Origin: Antedon mediterranea | Taxonomy: Eukaryota > Animalia > Echinodermata | Length of the DNA stretch: 64,000 nucleotides | Direction of reading: 5' to 3' | NCBI RefSeq assembly: GCF_964355755.1 | Contig: NC_092676.1 | Coordinates: 14,216,871 to 14,280,870, forward strand | Shown: positions 52,401-63,592 of the stretch, piece by piece | Numbering within the stretch: the first letter of the stretch is position 1 | How the letters are laid out: each line of letters starts with the position of its first letter | Notes under the pieces: model-generated | Databases searched by the model: none | What the model saw: only the letters and a program-made list of their open reading frames with translations | Told to the model about the DNA's origin: nothing | Translations under genes and position numbers: made by a program

Positions 52401-55400
52401 AAAGCTACGATCTCTACGTATTTGGGGTCAATTTAAGGTCAACCTGGATTTTACGAATCCCTTGTTTTACGTACGCCTTTCGGTCCCATACCATACGTAA
52501 AATGAAGGTTCTACTGTAGTGTGTACTGTATTATACATAGACACAAGATAGAGGGTACACTAACAATTTATTTTCTTTAGGTTAAAATGTCATAATCATT
52601 TCTCTGTTCGCAATATTCTAACGTATGACGTGCACATCGCTTTTGCGCGGCGGATAACCTAACTCATCCATAGTGACAAGATCAAATCTAGTTTTTTTTT
52701 CTTCTGTAATTCACACACTTTTTGATCGATCGTAAAGCCAAACAATTGGAAAACTCCTAACTTTTTAGCGAAAATACATGGTTTCCCTTAATTTGTATCA
52801 ACGGAGTCTGGCAAAAAACAGAAAGACAATAAATGCAGCAACTATACAACGTCAGGCTAGTACGATGTTTATACGTTACCAATGTTTACCAGCTAGGCCT
52901 ACAAAACTAAAGACTGCCAACGAGCGGACATTCAATGCGAGCTACTTGGGTAGTGCATTGTTTCTCTCTTTTTATCATAATTGACCATAAAACGTACATT
53001 TAAGACAAGGAATGACCTGGTTTAATGTTTTGAAAGTAATATATATGCATTATTTTTACAAACATCACAAATTGTAGGGAATGGGTCTTTAAGGGAATTG
53101 GCCTGTCATGTATGGGTTCTACTCTGTCTGTGCCATACTGTATCCTTAGGCAAGATGCTTTACTCTTATTGCCTCGTTCTTCTAAAAAGAGCAGGGGATC
53201 ATCTCCTGATGTGCTGATCTGGTTGGCGCTGCATTGCTTGACATAATCCGAATTTCCTCAGTTTCCTGTTATTATTAAGGACGATAATAAATACCTTTAC
53301 AATCTTAATACATACATTACATCGATAAATGTGCAATTTAGGAAAACTTCTCTACAATTTTATTTGTTTTTTTCCCAGGACTTACTTGAGTTCCCAGCAC
53401 ATGAGTTAAGCAAACATTTCAAGGTTGGGGACCATGTGAAAGTTGTGGCTGGACGCTATGAAGGTGATACAGGACTTATTGTGAGAGTGGAAGAAAATAT
53501 GGCAATTTTATTCTCTGACCTTACAATGCACGAGGTATTGTTACCTGTTTTGGCAATTTGAATTTTTCTAAATAGTTTTGATGGAAAAAGTTGAAACAGA
53601 TTTATCAAAAATTTGGTTTAAAATGACCAAATAGTAAATCTGAATATTAGTTCAAATGACACTACAAGATATTAAAATTTAACAATAAAATATTACATAA
53701 AATTTTAAAATGACCCATGGCAAGATTAAAATTTATCTTAAAGGACAAATTCACCATATTTTAACAATGTATTAGGAATGTACATATGATTTCTGAACCA
53801 TTGCGAGATTAAGAATATCGCTGTCGTAGTAAATTGCTTTGGACGTCACAGGTGCTTCTGGCAAACCGTGAACATTTCTAGTAAATGCACTAAATAAATT
53901 GTAAAAAATATGAAAGTTGATTTTTTTTCTTTTGCTTATCTGGACTCATTAGGTAGATTTTGCGATGCACCTGTGAAAATATGGTACTCGGTCAAGTTGT
54001 CCATTAATTACAACACAATTATTGAACTGATTTTTTAATGTCAATATTTACTCAATACCATTCTATTTTAAAGTGTAAACAATGTTATTTTTGTTATTCA
54101 GCTTAAAGTGTTACCGCGTGATCTTCAATTGTGTAATGAGATGAGCTCAGGTGTTGATTCAATGGGACAGTTCCAACTTGGCGACCTTGTTCAATTGGAG
54201 TAAGTGTTGATATTTAAAACTTGCACTTGTACAGTCGACTCCGCCTTAGTAGAATTCGCGTAATTCGAAAAATCGCGAAAGTCAAATTTTTATGAAAGTC
54301 CCAATTCTTTCCTATACATTACTGTGTAATTTTTATTTGTAAGTCGAAATTCGTCTAATTCGACATCTTTTCGCGGTCCGAATACACACATTCTGTAGTG
54401 ATTTATTTATATCATATAAGTCACGTGGCAACAATGCGCTAAAAAAGCCGATGAAACGTACGTAATTTGATAAACAAACGACAGAGGAGATAATGTGGGA
54501 CCATATCGGTTCTCTCAAGCAGGTTGTATAGTATAGGCGGCGTCCTACAACTCGTAGCCTGGGTGCAGTACAAATTTTGCGGGAAAAAAGTATAGGAAAA
54601 TTTTTATTTTTTTTTCCTGATAGAGTATACCATATAGAATGTCAGGATGAATGATCCAATCACTTTTATGTTGGTTCGGTGGGGTTTGCTATGTTTTTTT
54701 GGAGGTTGGCGGGGTTTAGCAATACCCTGTTTTTCCCGCCAAATTGGACACCATATTGGATTCTGGCATGATGATGTCATCGTATCGACTTGATTCATCA
54801 ACTACTATGAGAAGTAGTTATTAAAGTAAGCCTCTACTAATTTTAATCATTAAAACACAACTGCAAGTAACAAAAACCGTTTTCCCTATCCCCTATATAT
54901 AGGTATTTGTGTGTGTTAATAGGAATTTGTGTGTGTTATATAGGCCAAAATTTTAAAGTGCCGTAAAAAAATTTCCCCTGGGATATGGATTTTTTTTTCT
55001 GACATTCCATTTTCCTATGCTTTTTTCCCGCAAAATTTGTATATTAACTGTTCTGCACCCAGGCTATCGCTCTAGTGTATAGTGTATGAGTTGTTTCAGA
55101 GTTGAGAACTTGAGCGGCGTTTTGTGGGTACCCATTTTGTGCTGGACAGATGGCAATAAACAATGGATACCGATTTCGAATAAGAACCACAATATGTTTA
55201 TTATACGTTTTCGTATTGTTTCGGGCTTAAACCATAAAAGAAAATAAAGTTTATCATTGCCGATAAAAGAGGCTTAGCATTTATTAGGCCTAGCTAGCTA
55301 GCAAACTCAATTCAAGAAGGCTCATCGCGACAGGGCAGGGTCTACTAGGCCTAGCCATAACACAGCTAGTGAGTGAACCTAGGCCTAGCATTTTTTTGGC

Positions 55401-58400
55401 AAATCTGTCGAAGTTTGCGTAACTCGAATTTTTATACCGGTCCCATTAGATTCCACTTAAGCGGAGTCGACTGTATATTGAAAAGTTTATGCTTTATAGA
55501 ATGACACAACAAAATCTAGAATAGTTTAATAGGTTTGTATACAACACAAATAACAAAGAAGATTAATGTTGGGTCACCAAGATAAAAATATGTTATTAAA
55601 TATATAAAGTTATTTATTTAATGGAAATCGGACAAATTCATTGCTCTAAATTTGTGTAGTAACGATTAGTACAGAGAGACCATGTGACTTCACGGTACCC
55701 GTGGGAGAAAACATTCTGCTGTGAGTAATTCGCGTCCACCAATCAATAGCCAATCATTCAACTGTAAGCTGTCGATCACGGGGAAAGCTTAGCTTTGATT
55801 GGCTTACAATGACATCATATCACAAAATCATAGTTTTGTATTGCGTAATATTCACAATTTTGTTTAAAAAATGAAATAAATGGACATTCTTATGGTATGT
55901 GTGCTTTTTCTCTAAAAGATTTGAATAATAAAGGCTTCATATCGTTTTTGTGGCACTTCTTTTAGAAAAAAGCAGATGGCATGTGGACCTACTGTATATT
56001 ATCTTGGCGTAGAAAGACAAACAAATCCAAGGTCATGAGAGGCTCAACTACAAAAACAAGGTTGAATAGGCTATGGTCACTGTACCTTTCAAATGTTTTT
56101 CAGTAAACAGTCTAGCGCGTATGGTCGAACGGGCTACATTATACGATATTTTAACTACATGTTTGGTTGGATGTAATAGAAATGACATAGCACGCTTGGC
56201 CTACCTACTCTCGCATACACAAGGCAAAGAGCTCATTTGATACAGATTTTTTAAATTTTACATGGAGTGGATAGTATTTCTGCTGATTCTTTTTTTGAGC
56301 GTGATGAAGATGTTAGAACACGTGGTCATTCTTTTAAATTAAAATTTAAGTTCTCACGCACAAATTGGATGAGGGACTCATTTGGTCGAAAAGCTATTAT
56401 ATTATGGAATTTGTTATCGGAGGATGTAGTAGCTTCAAGATCAACCAATCAATTTAAGTCCGGTCTTGAACGGGCATGGTCCAACCACCCTCTTAAATTT
56501 GCGCCATATTCAAGAGTTGATGTAATTATCAAGAGGAGGGGCTTATAGGCATAGCCTAGCCTCGACTCCGGACCCAGCATTGCTGAGCTCCGGAAACAAG
56601 TAAACGTACGCGAAGTTAAATACGTGGCAATAACAATGGAGTCGACTCTCGGTAACCCTATTAATACAAAATAAACTAAAAAAGTTGATGCTGTATGCAG
56701 TAATTGCTTTTTATTTCAGAAAAACACATTTTTCATATTGAATATTTGCTACTCTATTTTTAATAAACAGTGCCCACACCGTGGCTGTCATTGTTCGACT
56801 TGAAAGAGAGGGCCTACAGGTGTTGAGTATGCACAATAAGGTATGTGCACTTAAGTCATATTTAATGACAATCTATGTCACTCCATAATTGTCTTTATGT
56901 TGTCTGTAATGTCACTGCACTAACAGGTGACCGGCAAACGAGCTTCGCTTTTACGGTTATCCATCCATATAAGTTGTTTATCTTATGTTCAGAAATTGAA
57001 ATGGAAAGTAAACTGAATTGGTGGTTGGTATTACTTGGTGTCAATCTTTACAATTTTGTAATTGCTGTGGTATTTTATTTACTTTACAGGTCTCTCATGT
57101 AAAACCACAAGGAGTAACCCGAAAGAAAGAATCCAGAAGTGCTATCGCATTGGATGCTGAACAAAACAACATACAAATCAAAGACATTGTCAAAGTTATT
57201 GATGGACCTCATTCTGTAAGAAAGAAAATTAAATTAAAAATTACTACATTACTATTGTTATCCGTTAATCATCCTAAATACCCCATATTTAGTGCTCATA
57301 AATTTCAATCAAACATAATATTACAAACATTGAAATAAATGCTTAGCACATAAACCTGTCTGTTTGCAATTTTAACATAAACAAAAGTAATTTTTTTACT
57401 AATTAGACCACATTTAAATAAAACCACTGTGCATGGTACGTCGCCTTAGAGTCAATATTTTTTACCGGATTCCAACCAAGATTCTGGATCCATTTGTACT
57501 TTTTAGCCTTGGCAGAGGTCGCAATTTTAAGATTGCCTTTGTCTTCTTTTTTTCATTTCTTTGTGCTAGTATGTACTAATAACTAAAAAAGCAATGAATA
57601 TCAGTAACATTTCATTGTTCTGTTTTTAAGGGTCTTCAAGGTGAGATACGGCACATTTACAGAAGCTTTGCATTTCTTCATTCCCGATTGATGACAGAAA
57701 ATGGTGGAATTTTTGTTTGTAGAAACCGGCATATTGTACTAGCTGGTGGTTCTCGGGTAAGAATAAAATAATTTGATTTAATATTTTCCTTTAATTTTAG
57801 TCATTTTAATGTTATGGGGTGGGGAATATTCTATGGAGAAACCAGCTTAGAACCTTTTTTCTGTAGGCAAGGAAAAAACATATTTATGAATAATTCTTGG
57901 CGATTTCTTTCTTGCCTACGTACTGAAAATAAATTTGCGACAAGAGTCCCCTAGCTCATTTTATCTACCTATGATGGTACGCTACGCTTCTTTTTGACAT
58001 TGGCTTTAAATTTTGATAGCATGATTGAATTTAGTATATATATATAGTATTGATATAATACCTAAAGTTAATTACAAATTAAATGATAATTATATCAAAC
58101 AGAAATCAATTGGATTGTCCCTTTGACTAATTCCAAAAAAACCAAAAAATTAAAGATTTCAAAAAAAAAAATCATTTAACTAAAATACAGACGTTTTTTC
58201 GATCAAAACATATCCCATAATGAAACGTGCTTGTTTCGCTGCTCTGTATGCATATTTCATAAAACTTCTACACGATCTGTGTGAAAATACCTTCTCAACT
58301 GTGACGAGTTGTAAATAATCCTAATTAGCATATGCATAATGCGTACTCGTGGTTTGAAATCTTTGTTTACTTTCGCTCGCGAAGATTTTCCAGACGAAAT

Positions 58401-61400
58401 GTTATCAAACTAATTTACCTGTTAATTACGTAAACTTGTTGTTTTTTACTCGAATTTTCGACTTAATGTGAATAACTTTGATATGGCCAATTTAAATTTA
58501 GAATATTTTGACCTTCATTTTTTTGTGTTTCAAGGGACAATACATCTTTAAGTGATATTCAGGCCAAGTCTATTTACATCGTTGAGCAACAATATGTCTA
58601 CCAAACAAATGACAGGTCCGAGGATTGATTGTTAATAAAGAGGGGGTTTAGTTTCCTAAACCTGGTCTTGATGTCTATTTATGCAATTTTCTGTGCATTC
58701 GTATTAATCAAGACAATTCCCACGCAATTCCTACACAAATTTGTAAAAAAAAAAAACATTTTAACTAAAAATAGGCCTATATTCAATATAAAATAAACTG
58801 AATTATACAAAAATTAAATGCAAAATTCAGGTTACAAATAATCGCCCACAATTGAACCAATTCAACCAACAACCATTCCCCATGAACACTTAATTAGCAT
58901 ATGAATTAGTGTGTAGACAAGAAATTGATTTATATTATTAATAAACAATGTCTACCAGCAAAAAAAAAAAAAGAACAATTTGATAAAAAAATTGAAACAT
59001 CCAATAAACAGGAAAACACATAAAAACTGTGCTGAATTGTTTTATATTTCATTAATTACAGTATATACAATAATTTGTCAAAATAATTTTATATTTATAA
59101 CAATATTATTACTAAACTAAACCTAATCAATAATGTTAGACTTGATACGTTGTCTAAAACTACAACGTATCAACGTAAAATGATGGACATTGTAGGGTAT
59201 CTTACCAGTTTGCCGACTCCCAGTTTTACGTATTTGACGTACACCGCACCACTAGTAAGAACATTCACAAAATAGAATTTCCAAAAATTGGGAATAATGT
59301 TTGGCAAATCGGATTAATTAACATTTTTCATTATCAACAGTATAGTAGTAGCTAGCTCAGCTGCAATTTTGTTTAAAAAAATTAAACAACACTCGACTTA
59401 CACCTGGCTATACCACATGTGTTTCGCTCTCTAGTCGAATTCCATTGCCATATCAACAGTTTCACAATCCCTGTTGTGCTATTAATTTATTATGTAAACT
59501 ATTTGGTACAGATTTGCATGCAGGTACAATTTTGTGATTTTTTTTTACAAATTATAGTAAATTGAATATTATTATATAAAACAGTAAAATTCAAGTAACA
59601 AAGTTTAGCTACCAACGTAGCTCTCGTATATCACAATCTTTGGTATGATGATAATAATATGAATTTGTAATGCGCCAATTCCAGCAGTAAGTGATCAAAG
59701 TATAAAGAGAACTCAATTTGAAAGAAAAAGATGAGTTTTCAAGGCAGATTTAAAGGCATTGATGATGCAGCAGTTCGGATCATATATGCGTCGTATACAG
59801 ATCGTATATGCAGGAACTTGTTTATAAATGATCAAATATGCCGTCGTATACAGTTCGTATATGCTGATTATGTGGACAGGAACTTCTGAATTAACGTATA
59901 CGTTTCATATACGACATCCCCTTCGCACGCATACACAAACATATGTAAATCGTATATGTTTGTATACAGCTTTACAAAGGGTGGATTACATTGTAACCAT
60001 TAAAGTTAAAAAAAGTGTAATTTAAATGTTTTTCGCTTATACTATTTTGCTTAGCCTATGGATAGCAGTCTAATAACAAGTGGATATTCTCCAATGTCTC
60101 CAAGAATTTCAAGTCCTGCTCATCCAAGTGGAAATTGTAAGTAATTTTTATCTTATTTTTTCCTACTAATTAAAACCAAATTATTTATTCATTTATAGAG
60201 CAGTTATCACCATAAAAATTTTGCATTTTATTACCAAAGCATGAAACTTTGCAGAAAGTTTCTTTGATGGTACCGATACAGCCCACGAAATTAAGAAAAA
60301 AGGTCGACCTTAAATTCGCCAAGGTCGGCAGTCTCGGCAGTTCTAAAAATAGAAATTTCACCAAGGCCTAACCTAGCCTCCCTAGCTATATGTTTTGCAA
60401 AAAGAACTACCAAAATTAACTAAAATATAAAAACCTAACACTAAAATTTACAAGATAAATTCTATTTGATAACTGCTGAACGATGTTCAGCCAGGGAGAA
60501 ACACCGTGGTTATGGAGCTAGGCCTAGCCGTACACAGAGCATAGTTGTTTGCTTGACATAACAGGGTATTCCCCTACACAGGTCTCGCGCTGTGCCCAGC
60601 CAGCTCATAGAAAGCCTGCAGCTCACACAAATGCATGATGCAATGGGTGAGTGAATTCAGGAATCATCTTAATTCCATGGTTTGTTAACTAAACACCACA
60701 TGGTGGTGAATATGCGTGTTAAAAGTCTCAATGATACGATCCCTTAATAGGGAGGTTTCGCAACCTTACGAATACGATAACGAAAACGGATACGTCATAC
60801 AATTGTGAAACTTTTGAGCTGATCCCCATTTCATATTTGTAAAGCGTATTCGTGTTGACGAATATCACCAGTCATATTCGTAACTACAAAACGAGTATAG
60901 TTTTTGATCTATTTTGCACATTTTGCATTTGAATCAGGAATGATTCATGATTATAATATAATTATAGATTTATTGAAAGTAATTTACTAAAGTAATTTAC
61001 TAAAATGCCAAGTCAATTTTGATAAATAGCAGTTTTTAAAGTCCTCACTCACTTTGATGTTACGCTAGGCCTAGGCAGCCAAGCACCAAGCAACACGTAC
61101 CTGCGCTTCGCTCAAATTTACCGCAGTCATATTTTGGACGCGCCTCAATATTTCGTTGCCATGCGAAACAGATTTTTTTATGGCTTACGAAAACGAATAC
61201 GTGTGCGTGACGTATCCGTTATCGTATTCGTAAGATTGCGAAACCTCTCTATTGTACCATGTTGTTGCTGGAGGCTTGAAAGGAGTTTCTAGGTCGGCAA
61301 GAGAATGCTGTCCTCTGTCAATTTAAGGTCGGCAATTGCCGATTGCCGACGTGAAATTCGAATATAGAATATATTGAATATAGTGGGTTTTATAGACCAT

Positions 61401-63592
61401 ATTTAATATAGGTCTACGGAACTGTTTTTTTTTTTTTTTTTTGCGTTAAATTTTTTAATTGAAAGTTGAAATTAAATAACGATAACGATGATCGAGCCAG
61501 ACCGCAAATTTTTACACATTTTTTACTCGATCGTTAATGGTTTCTTGGTTCTTTCAAAGTATGGGGTACAAATCCTACACACTGAAGGTTATGACGTTCA
61601 TAAATCGTCAATATCAAGAATTATAAAGCGATTTACTAAATTTAAACAAATTAGTGACCGTCTGCGATCCGGATGTCCTAACATCGTAACGAATGAACAC
61701 CTTGACATCATTGACGAAGCTATGGCCGAGAACGATGAAATGACTGCCAGGCAGTTCCAAGCCGTTTTGATGAATATAACTAATGTCAGTTTATCCATAG
61801 CAACTATTAAAAAAACGCGACGCAAATTAGGTTGGAGATGCAAAGGTACAAGATATTGTCAGCTCATTAGGCAGCCAAATAAAGTGGATCGCTTTCACTA
61901 TGCATTAACGTGTATTAAAAACAAGGAGAGCTTTCATATTGTTATATTCACCGATGAATGCACAATCGAATTGGATCATCATACAAGAAAATCATTCCGA
62001 AAACTAGATGAACAACCAAAGCTGAAGGCAAGACCCAAACATCCTGGGAAAGTTTATGCCGATTGTTATCTCCACGTTGAAGTGTTCTTAAAGTTACGTG
62101 CGCTGCAGATATGATTCATCTGCGTATTGGACTTCTAACAAACTCGCTTGCTGTACCCATGATGAGTTACGGTATCCAGTCCACTGTATCAGTATTCGTC
62201 CTTCCGTCTATTTTTTAAATTTTTCCCATTAGCCAAATCCCGCATTCCTTATCGTAACCCTGGATGTTGCTTCCAATTTTAAACGTCGACATTTTGTAAG
62301 TGATAGTAAAGATTAAATGATGACACACACCAGTTTTCAGCATGTTTTTATACTTGTTGAGCGGCAACATAAACAAAATCGAAGAACAATATAATACAAT
62401 AACTGTAGAGCATTAATTGTGCCTTTGTTTTTATGTAACCATAAAAAAGCGCTAAAACAAAGGGAGCTGTCGATAATAATAATTTACAATAATCGTAGAA
62501 CTGAAATTCATGAATGTGTTGAAAAATGGTGTAATTTACCGGTTGAAACATGAGTGCAATTACAGCACAAACAAACAAACATTACGCAAACATTTTTGGT
62601 TATTTTACATGATTGTAGGATTGTTTAGTGGTTTTTTTTTAAATCTATAAACAAAATTTTGTAGGTGTATGCCTACGTGGTACTCATTCGATTGTTGTTT
62701 ATCGAAGCTACGAAGCCTACAAGTGGCGAAGCGTGGTAATGCATGGTACTTCGTGAGAACTGTTTAAGAAACGTGGGTAACGTTGCAGTAGTTTTTAGCT
62801 GTTCTGTATACATCAAATGAACTTTCAGTTTCATGCTTAGGTAATAAAATGCACACCTTGTGGTATTAACTGCTCTACTATTAGTTTTATATTTGGCCAG
62901 ATAAGTTTTTATTAATTAGTATTTTGAAAGTTTATTTCATCTTTTCAAATTATGGACAAAGAAAGCCTTTGCTGTATCAATTAGGAAATGGTATGCCAAG
63001 AAAATTTTGTAGGTTTCTCAAATTCTTGATGTGAGAACCACAAAAGCTATAGGTGGCAAACCTAGCAGCATACAACACTCACTGAAGTAGGCCTGCAAAG
63101 TTTTCAATAATGTAACAAATACAAATATAAATACAATAATAATGGAAGTATTGAGTGAAATTTCTAAATATTTGACAGTAATTACATCAAAGAAACTCTA
63201 TTTCATTCATGATTCACCTGACATGAAACAGCGTTTGATTTAAAGGGCCAGAGAACAGGATCGATCAACTTGCCCCTAAACTTGTAATGTCATACACATA
63301 TTGATATTGAAGTTTTTCTTGGCATACTTTTTCCCGATCGAGATAGCGAATGCTCTCATTCATGTATCAGTATGCTGTGACATTTTTTTTAGCTATTGAT
63401 AACATACATTTTAAAATTGTCATTATTTTGAATCTTACTATAATCTTAAAATGAAATAGATACAGTATTCAGTAATTGCTAAATTATTATTTTTAGCCAC
63501 ACAGCAGATGGGAGGACGTGGGCGTGGACGTGTAGGCAGGGATCGTGATATGATCGGACAGACAGTTCGTATCTGTCAAGGACCATTTAAAG
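19331..63592 (+). CDS. SUPT5H: Transcription elongation factor SPT5 (DSIF large subunit), multi-exon, 3'-incomplete; join(19331-19405,30809-30920,33280-33412,36087-36218,36970-37069,44302-44522,44747-44941,45204-45309,47248-47323,47843-47997,53379-53534,54102-54199,56771-56840,57090-57215,57631-57756,60055-60136,63497-63592)
   Basis: All exons are bounded by AG/GT with consistent phases (2059 nt). The translation shows SPT5 landmarks: MSDSE acidic start, [16 protein letters not shown] (NGN), [14 protein letters not shown] (KOW1), [21 protein letters not shown] (KOW2), [22 protein letters not shown] (KOW3), [13 protein letters not shown] (KOW4), PMSPRISSP and [20 protein letters not shown] (KOW5). 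Confidence 0.97.
20577..23788. mobile_element. TIR element with 7-bp TSD (hATw-like)
   Basis: 17-bp perfect TIR TAGGTATCCCAATGAAA, TSD ATAACAT; related internal sequence at about 17580-18060. Confidence 0.8.
21273..22462. mobile_element. Non-autonomous hAT sharing termini with 24102-29664
   Basis: TIR CAGGGCTGAAAATTAAC; 6-bp TSD TTATAT; both subterminal regions match the larger copy. Confidence 0.85.
24585..28680 (-). pseudogene. hAT transposase pseudogene (pieces about 27812-28680, 25298-25500, 25064-25190, 24600-24958)
   Basis: ORFs 27808-28614 and 24585-24935 plus small exons ([19 protein letters not shown]); frameshifts; the central region is missing where the Academ-like insert sits. 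Confidence 0.85.
25531..27643 (-). mobile_element. Academ-like transposon remnant nested in the hAT transposase
   Basis: Imperfect TIRs TAGTTTCGTGGTGACCCTCTGGCAGCTACC / GGTAGCTGCCAGGGGTGGCACCACGA; ORF pieces 27139-27378 and 26213-26620 with CIIC and [14 protein letters not shown] motifs, recalled from Academ-type transposase N-termini. Confidence 0.65.
30809..30920 (+). CDS. SUPT5H: SPT5 coding exon 2 (acidic; [12 protein letters not shown]...FIIEEA)
   Basis: ttttAG acceptor, acidic run and the conserved FI.EEA motif; donor GTACAG. Confidence 0.93.
30924..32723. mobile_element. TA-flanked foldback/TIR element inserted at +3 of an SPT5 intron
   Basis: TIR CAGAAAGAAAATACT / rc CAGAAATAAAATAGT, TA on both sides; internal sequence shared with 48585-49600. 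Confidence 0.7.
33280..33412 (+). CDS. SUPT5H: SPT5 coding exon 3 ([21 protein letters not shown]...RLHQLF)
   Basis: Phase 1 in, phase 2 out; WE.GAED motif of the Spt5 N-terminal region. Confidence 0.9.
33770..34696 (-). mobile_element. Helentron-like non-autonomous element
   Basis: Subterminal inverted TACTCGGGGTA / TACCCCGAGTA, A/T-run junctions, internal TGACGTCA/CCGGAA motifs. Confidence 0.5.
35229..35847. mobile_element. pogo/Tigger-like MITE
   Basis: taCCGTATAT..GTGTACAAGACGCAC ... GTACACTTAAATATACGGta. Confidence 0.7.
36087..36218 (+). CDS. SUPT5H: SPT5 coding exon 4 ([15 protein letters not shown]...[11 protein letters not shown])
   Basis: Resembles SPT5 'ITQQ.LLPGVK'; GTAAGT donor. 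Confidence 0.94.
36970..37069 (+). CDS. SUPT5H: SPT5 coding exon 5 (NGN start, [24 protein letters not shown])
   Basis: Conserved NGN motif; GTAAGT donor. Confidence 0.97.
37092..41094. mobile_element. 4-kb TIR element (CMC/EnSpm-like) with CGTATACG-rich subtermini
   Basis: TIR CCCTTTGCAAAAAA.CCGTATACGA, flanked by TA; a partial inverted copy lies at about 59770-59982. Confidence 0.8.
38981..40009. mobile_element. hAT-like MITE nested in 37092-41094
   Basis: TIR CAGGCCCGTAGCCAGG / CCTGGCTACGGCCCTG; flanking AAAAT on both sides. Confidence 0.8.
42688..43195. mobile_element. Kolobok-like MITE (other copies about 43517-43709, 47340-47496, 58115-58548)
   Basis: TIR AGATGTATTGTCCCTT with TTAA TSD. 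Confidence 0.85.
44302..44522 (+). CDS. SUPT5H: SPT5 coding exon 6 (NGN; PLQIKSV...[15 protein letters not shown]...WVRMK)
   Basis: KGY.YVEA NGN signature, splice phases fit. Confidence 0.97.
44747..44941 (+). CDS. SUPT5H: SPT5 coding exon 7 (KOW1)
   Basis: [31 protein letters not shown]...KLFDLEAIR. Confidence 0.97.
45204..45309 (+). CDS. SUPT5H: SPT5 coding exon 8
   Basis: [33 protein letters not shown]. Confidence 0.97.
46127..46926. mobile_element. Harbinger-like MITE
   Basis: TIR AGCCCCTTTCTCACAGA, TSD TTA. Confidence 0.85.
47248..47323 (+). CDS. SUPT5H: SPT5 coding exon 9
   Basis: [25 protein letters not shown], followed by U12-type donor GTATCCTTT. Confidence 0.96.
47324..47842 (+). 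other. U12-type (minor spliceosome) GT-AG intron of SPT5
   Basis: 5' site GTATCCTTT; branch box TCCTTGAC at 47825-47832, about 10 nt from the 3' AG; no polypyrimidine tract; reading frame kept (phase 1). Confidence 0.92.
47843..47997 (+). CDS. SUPT5H: SPT5 coding exon 10 (KOW2)
   Basis: [34 protein letters not shown]...MPKHEDLK. Confidence 0.96.
48138..49877. mobile_element. Harbinger-like MITE with a nested repeat
   Basis: 30-bp perfect TIR GGCGTCATCTACAAATTATTTCAGACCACA, TSD TAA. Confidence 0.9.
50738..51684. mobile_element. AcademH-like non-autonomous element
   Basis: TAG...CTA termini and a perfect 9-bp TSD ACTATAGAT. Confidence 0.75.
51993..52516. mobile_element. Tigger/pogo-like MITE (partial copy at about 63645-63860)
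   Basis: GTAGAACCT...TTTTACGT / ACGTAAAATGAAGGTTCTACTGta. Confidence 0.65.
53095..53260 (+). mobile_element. Possible decayed tRNA-derived SINE
   Basis: GGGTTC box-B-like remnant followed by TGTATCCTTAGGCAAGATGCTTTAC, resembling a SINE central-domain motif. Confidence 0.35.
53379..53534 (+). CDS. SUPT5H: SPT5 coding exon 11 (KOW3)
   Basis: [52 protein letters not shown]. Confidence 0.97.
54102..54199 (+). CDS. SUPT5H: SPT5 coding exon 12
   Basis: [32 protein letters not shown]. Confidence 0.97.
54232..55473. mobile_element. Tigger/pogo-like MITE
   Basis: TIR CAGTCGACTCCGC, TA TSD. Confidence 0.85.
54555..55066. mobile_element. Academ-like MITE nested in the Tigger-like MITE
   Basis: TIR TAGCCTGGGTGCAG..ACAAATTTTGCGGGAAAAAAG, 3-bp TSD TCG. 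Confidence 0.8.
56210..56610 (+). mobile_element. CR1-clade LINE 3' fragment
   Basis: ORF2 C-terminal motif [42 protein letters not shown] followed by a short 3' UTR. Confidence 0.85.
56771..56840 (+). CDS. SUPT5H: SPT5 coding exon 13
   Basis: (D)[23 protein letters not shown]. Confidence 0.96.
57090..57215 (+). CDS. SUPT5H: SPT5 coding exon 14 (KOW4 start)
   Basis: [42 protein letters not shown]. Confidence 0.97.
57631..57756 (+). CDS. SUPT5H: SPT5 coding exon 15
   Basis: [42 protein letters not shown]. Confidence 0.97.
60055..60136 (+). CDS. SUPT5H: SPT5 coding exon 16 (KOW4-5 linker)
   Basis: [27 protein letters not shown]; conserved PMSPRISSP phospho-linker. Confidence 0.95.
60749..61250. 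mobile_element. MITE with AT flanks (PIF/Harbinger-ISL2EU-like)
   Basis: About 40-bp TIR AGGGAGGTTTCGCAA.CTTACGAATACGATAACG. Confidence 0.75.
61488..62114 (+). pseudogene. Tc1-like transposase, HTH plus first catalytic D only
   Basis: [37 protein letters not shown]; homology ends before the rest of the DDE domain. Confidence 0.8.
63497..63592 (+). CDS. SUPT5H: SPT5 coding exon 17 (RG-rich segment, KOW5 start)
   Basis: [33 protein letters not shown]; GTAAGA donor. Confidence 0.95.

Larger units (their letters stand above)
50375..52692 (+). mobile_element. Helentron-like element (paralog at about 42380-44105) with nested insertions
   Basis: Shared internal blocks and 3' end GATAAC.TAACTC.TC.A.AGTGAC.AG.TCA.ATCTAGTT in both copies. 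Confidence 0.55.
60198..62875 (+). mobile_element. Tc1/mariner-superfamily element with truncated transposase and nested inserts
   Basis: Diverged TIRs of about 75 bp, GAGCAGTTA..ACCA..GCATTTTATTACC.AAGCATGAAACT, flanked by TA; contains ORF 61488-62114. Confidence 0.75.

Noticed and set aside
36970-63592. Prokaryotic nusG/KOW operon interpretation
   Set aside because: Spliceosomal introns, an acidic N-terminus and multiple KOW domains show this is eukaryotic SPT5.
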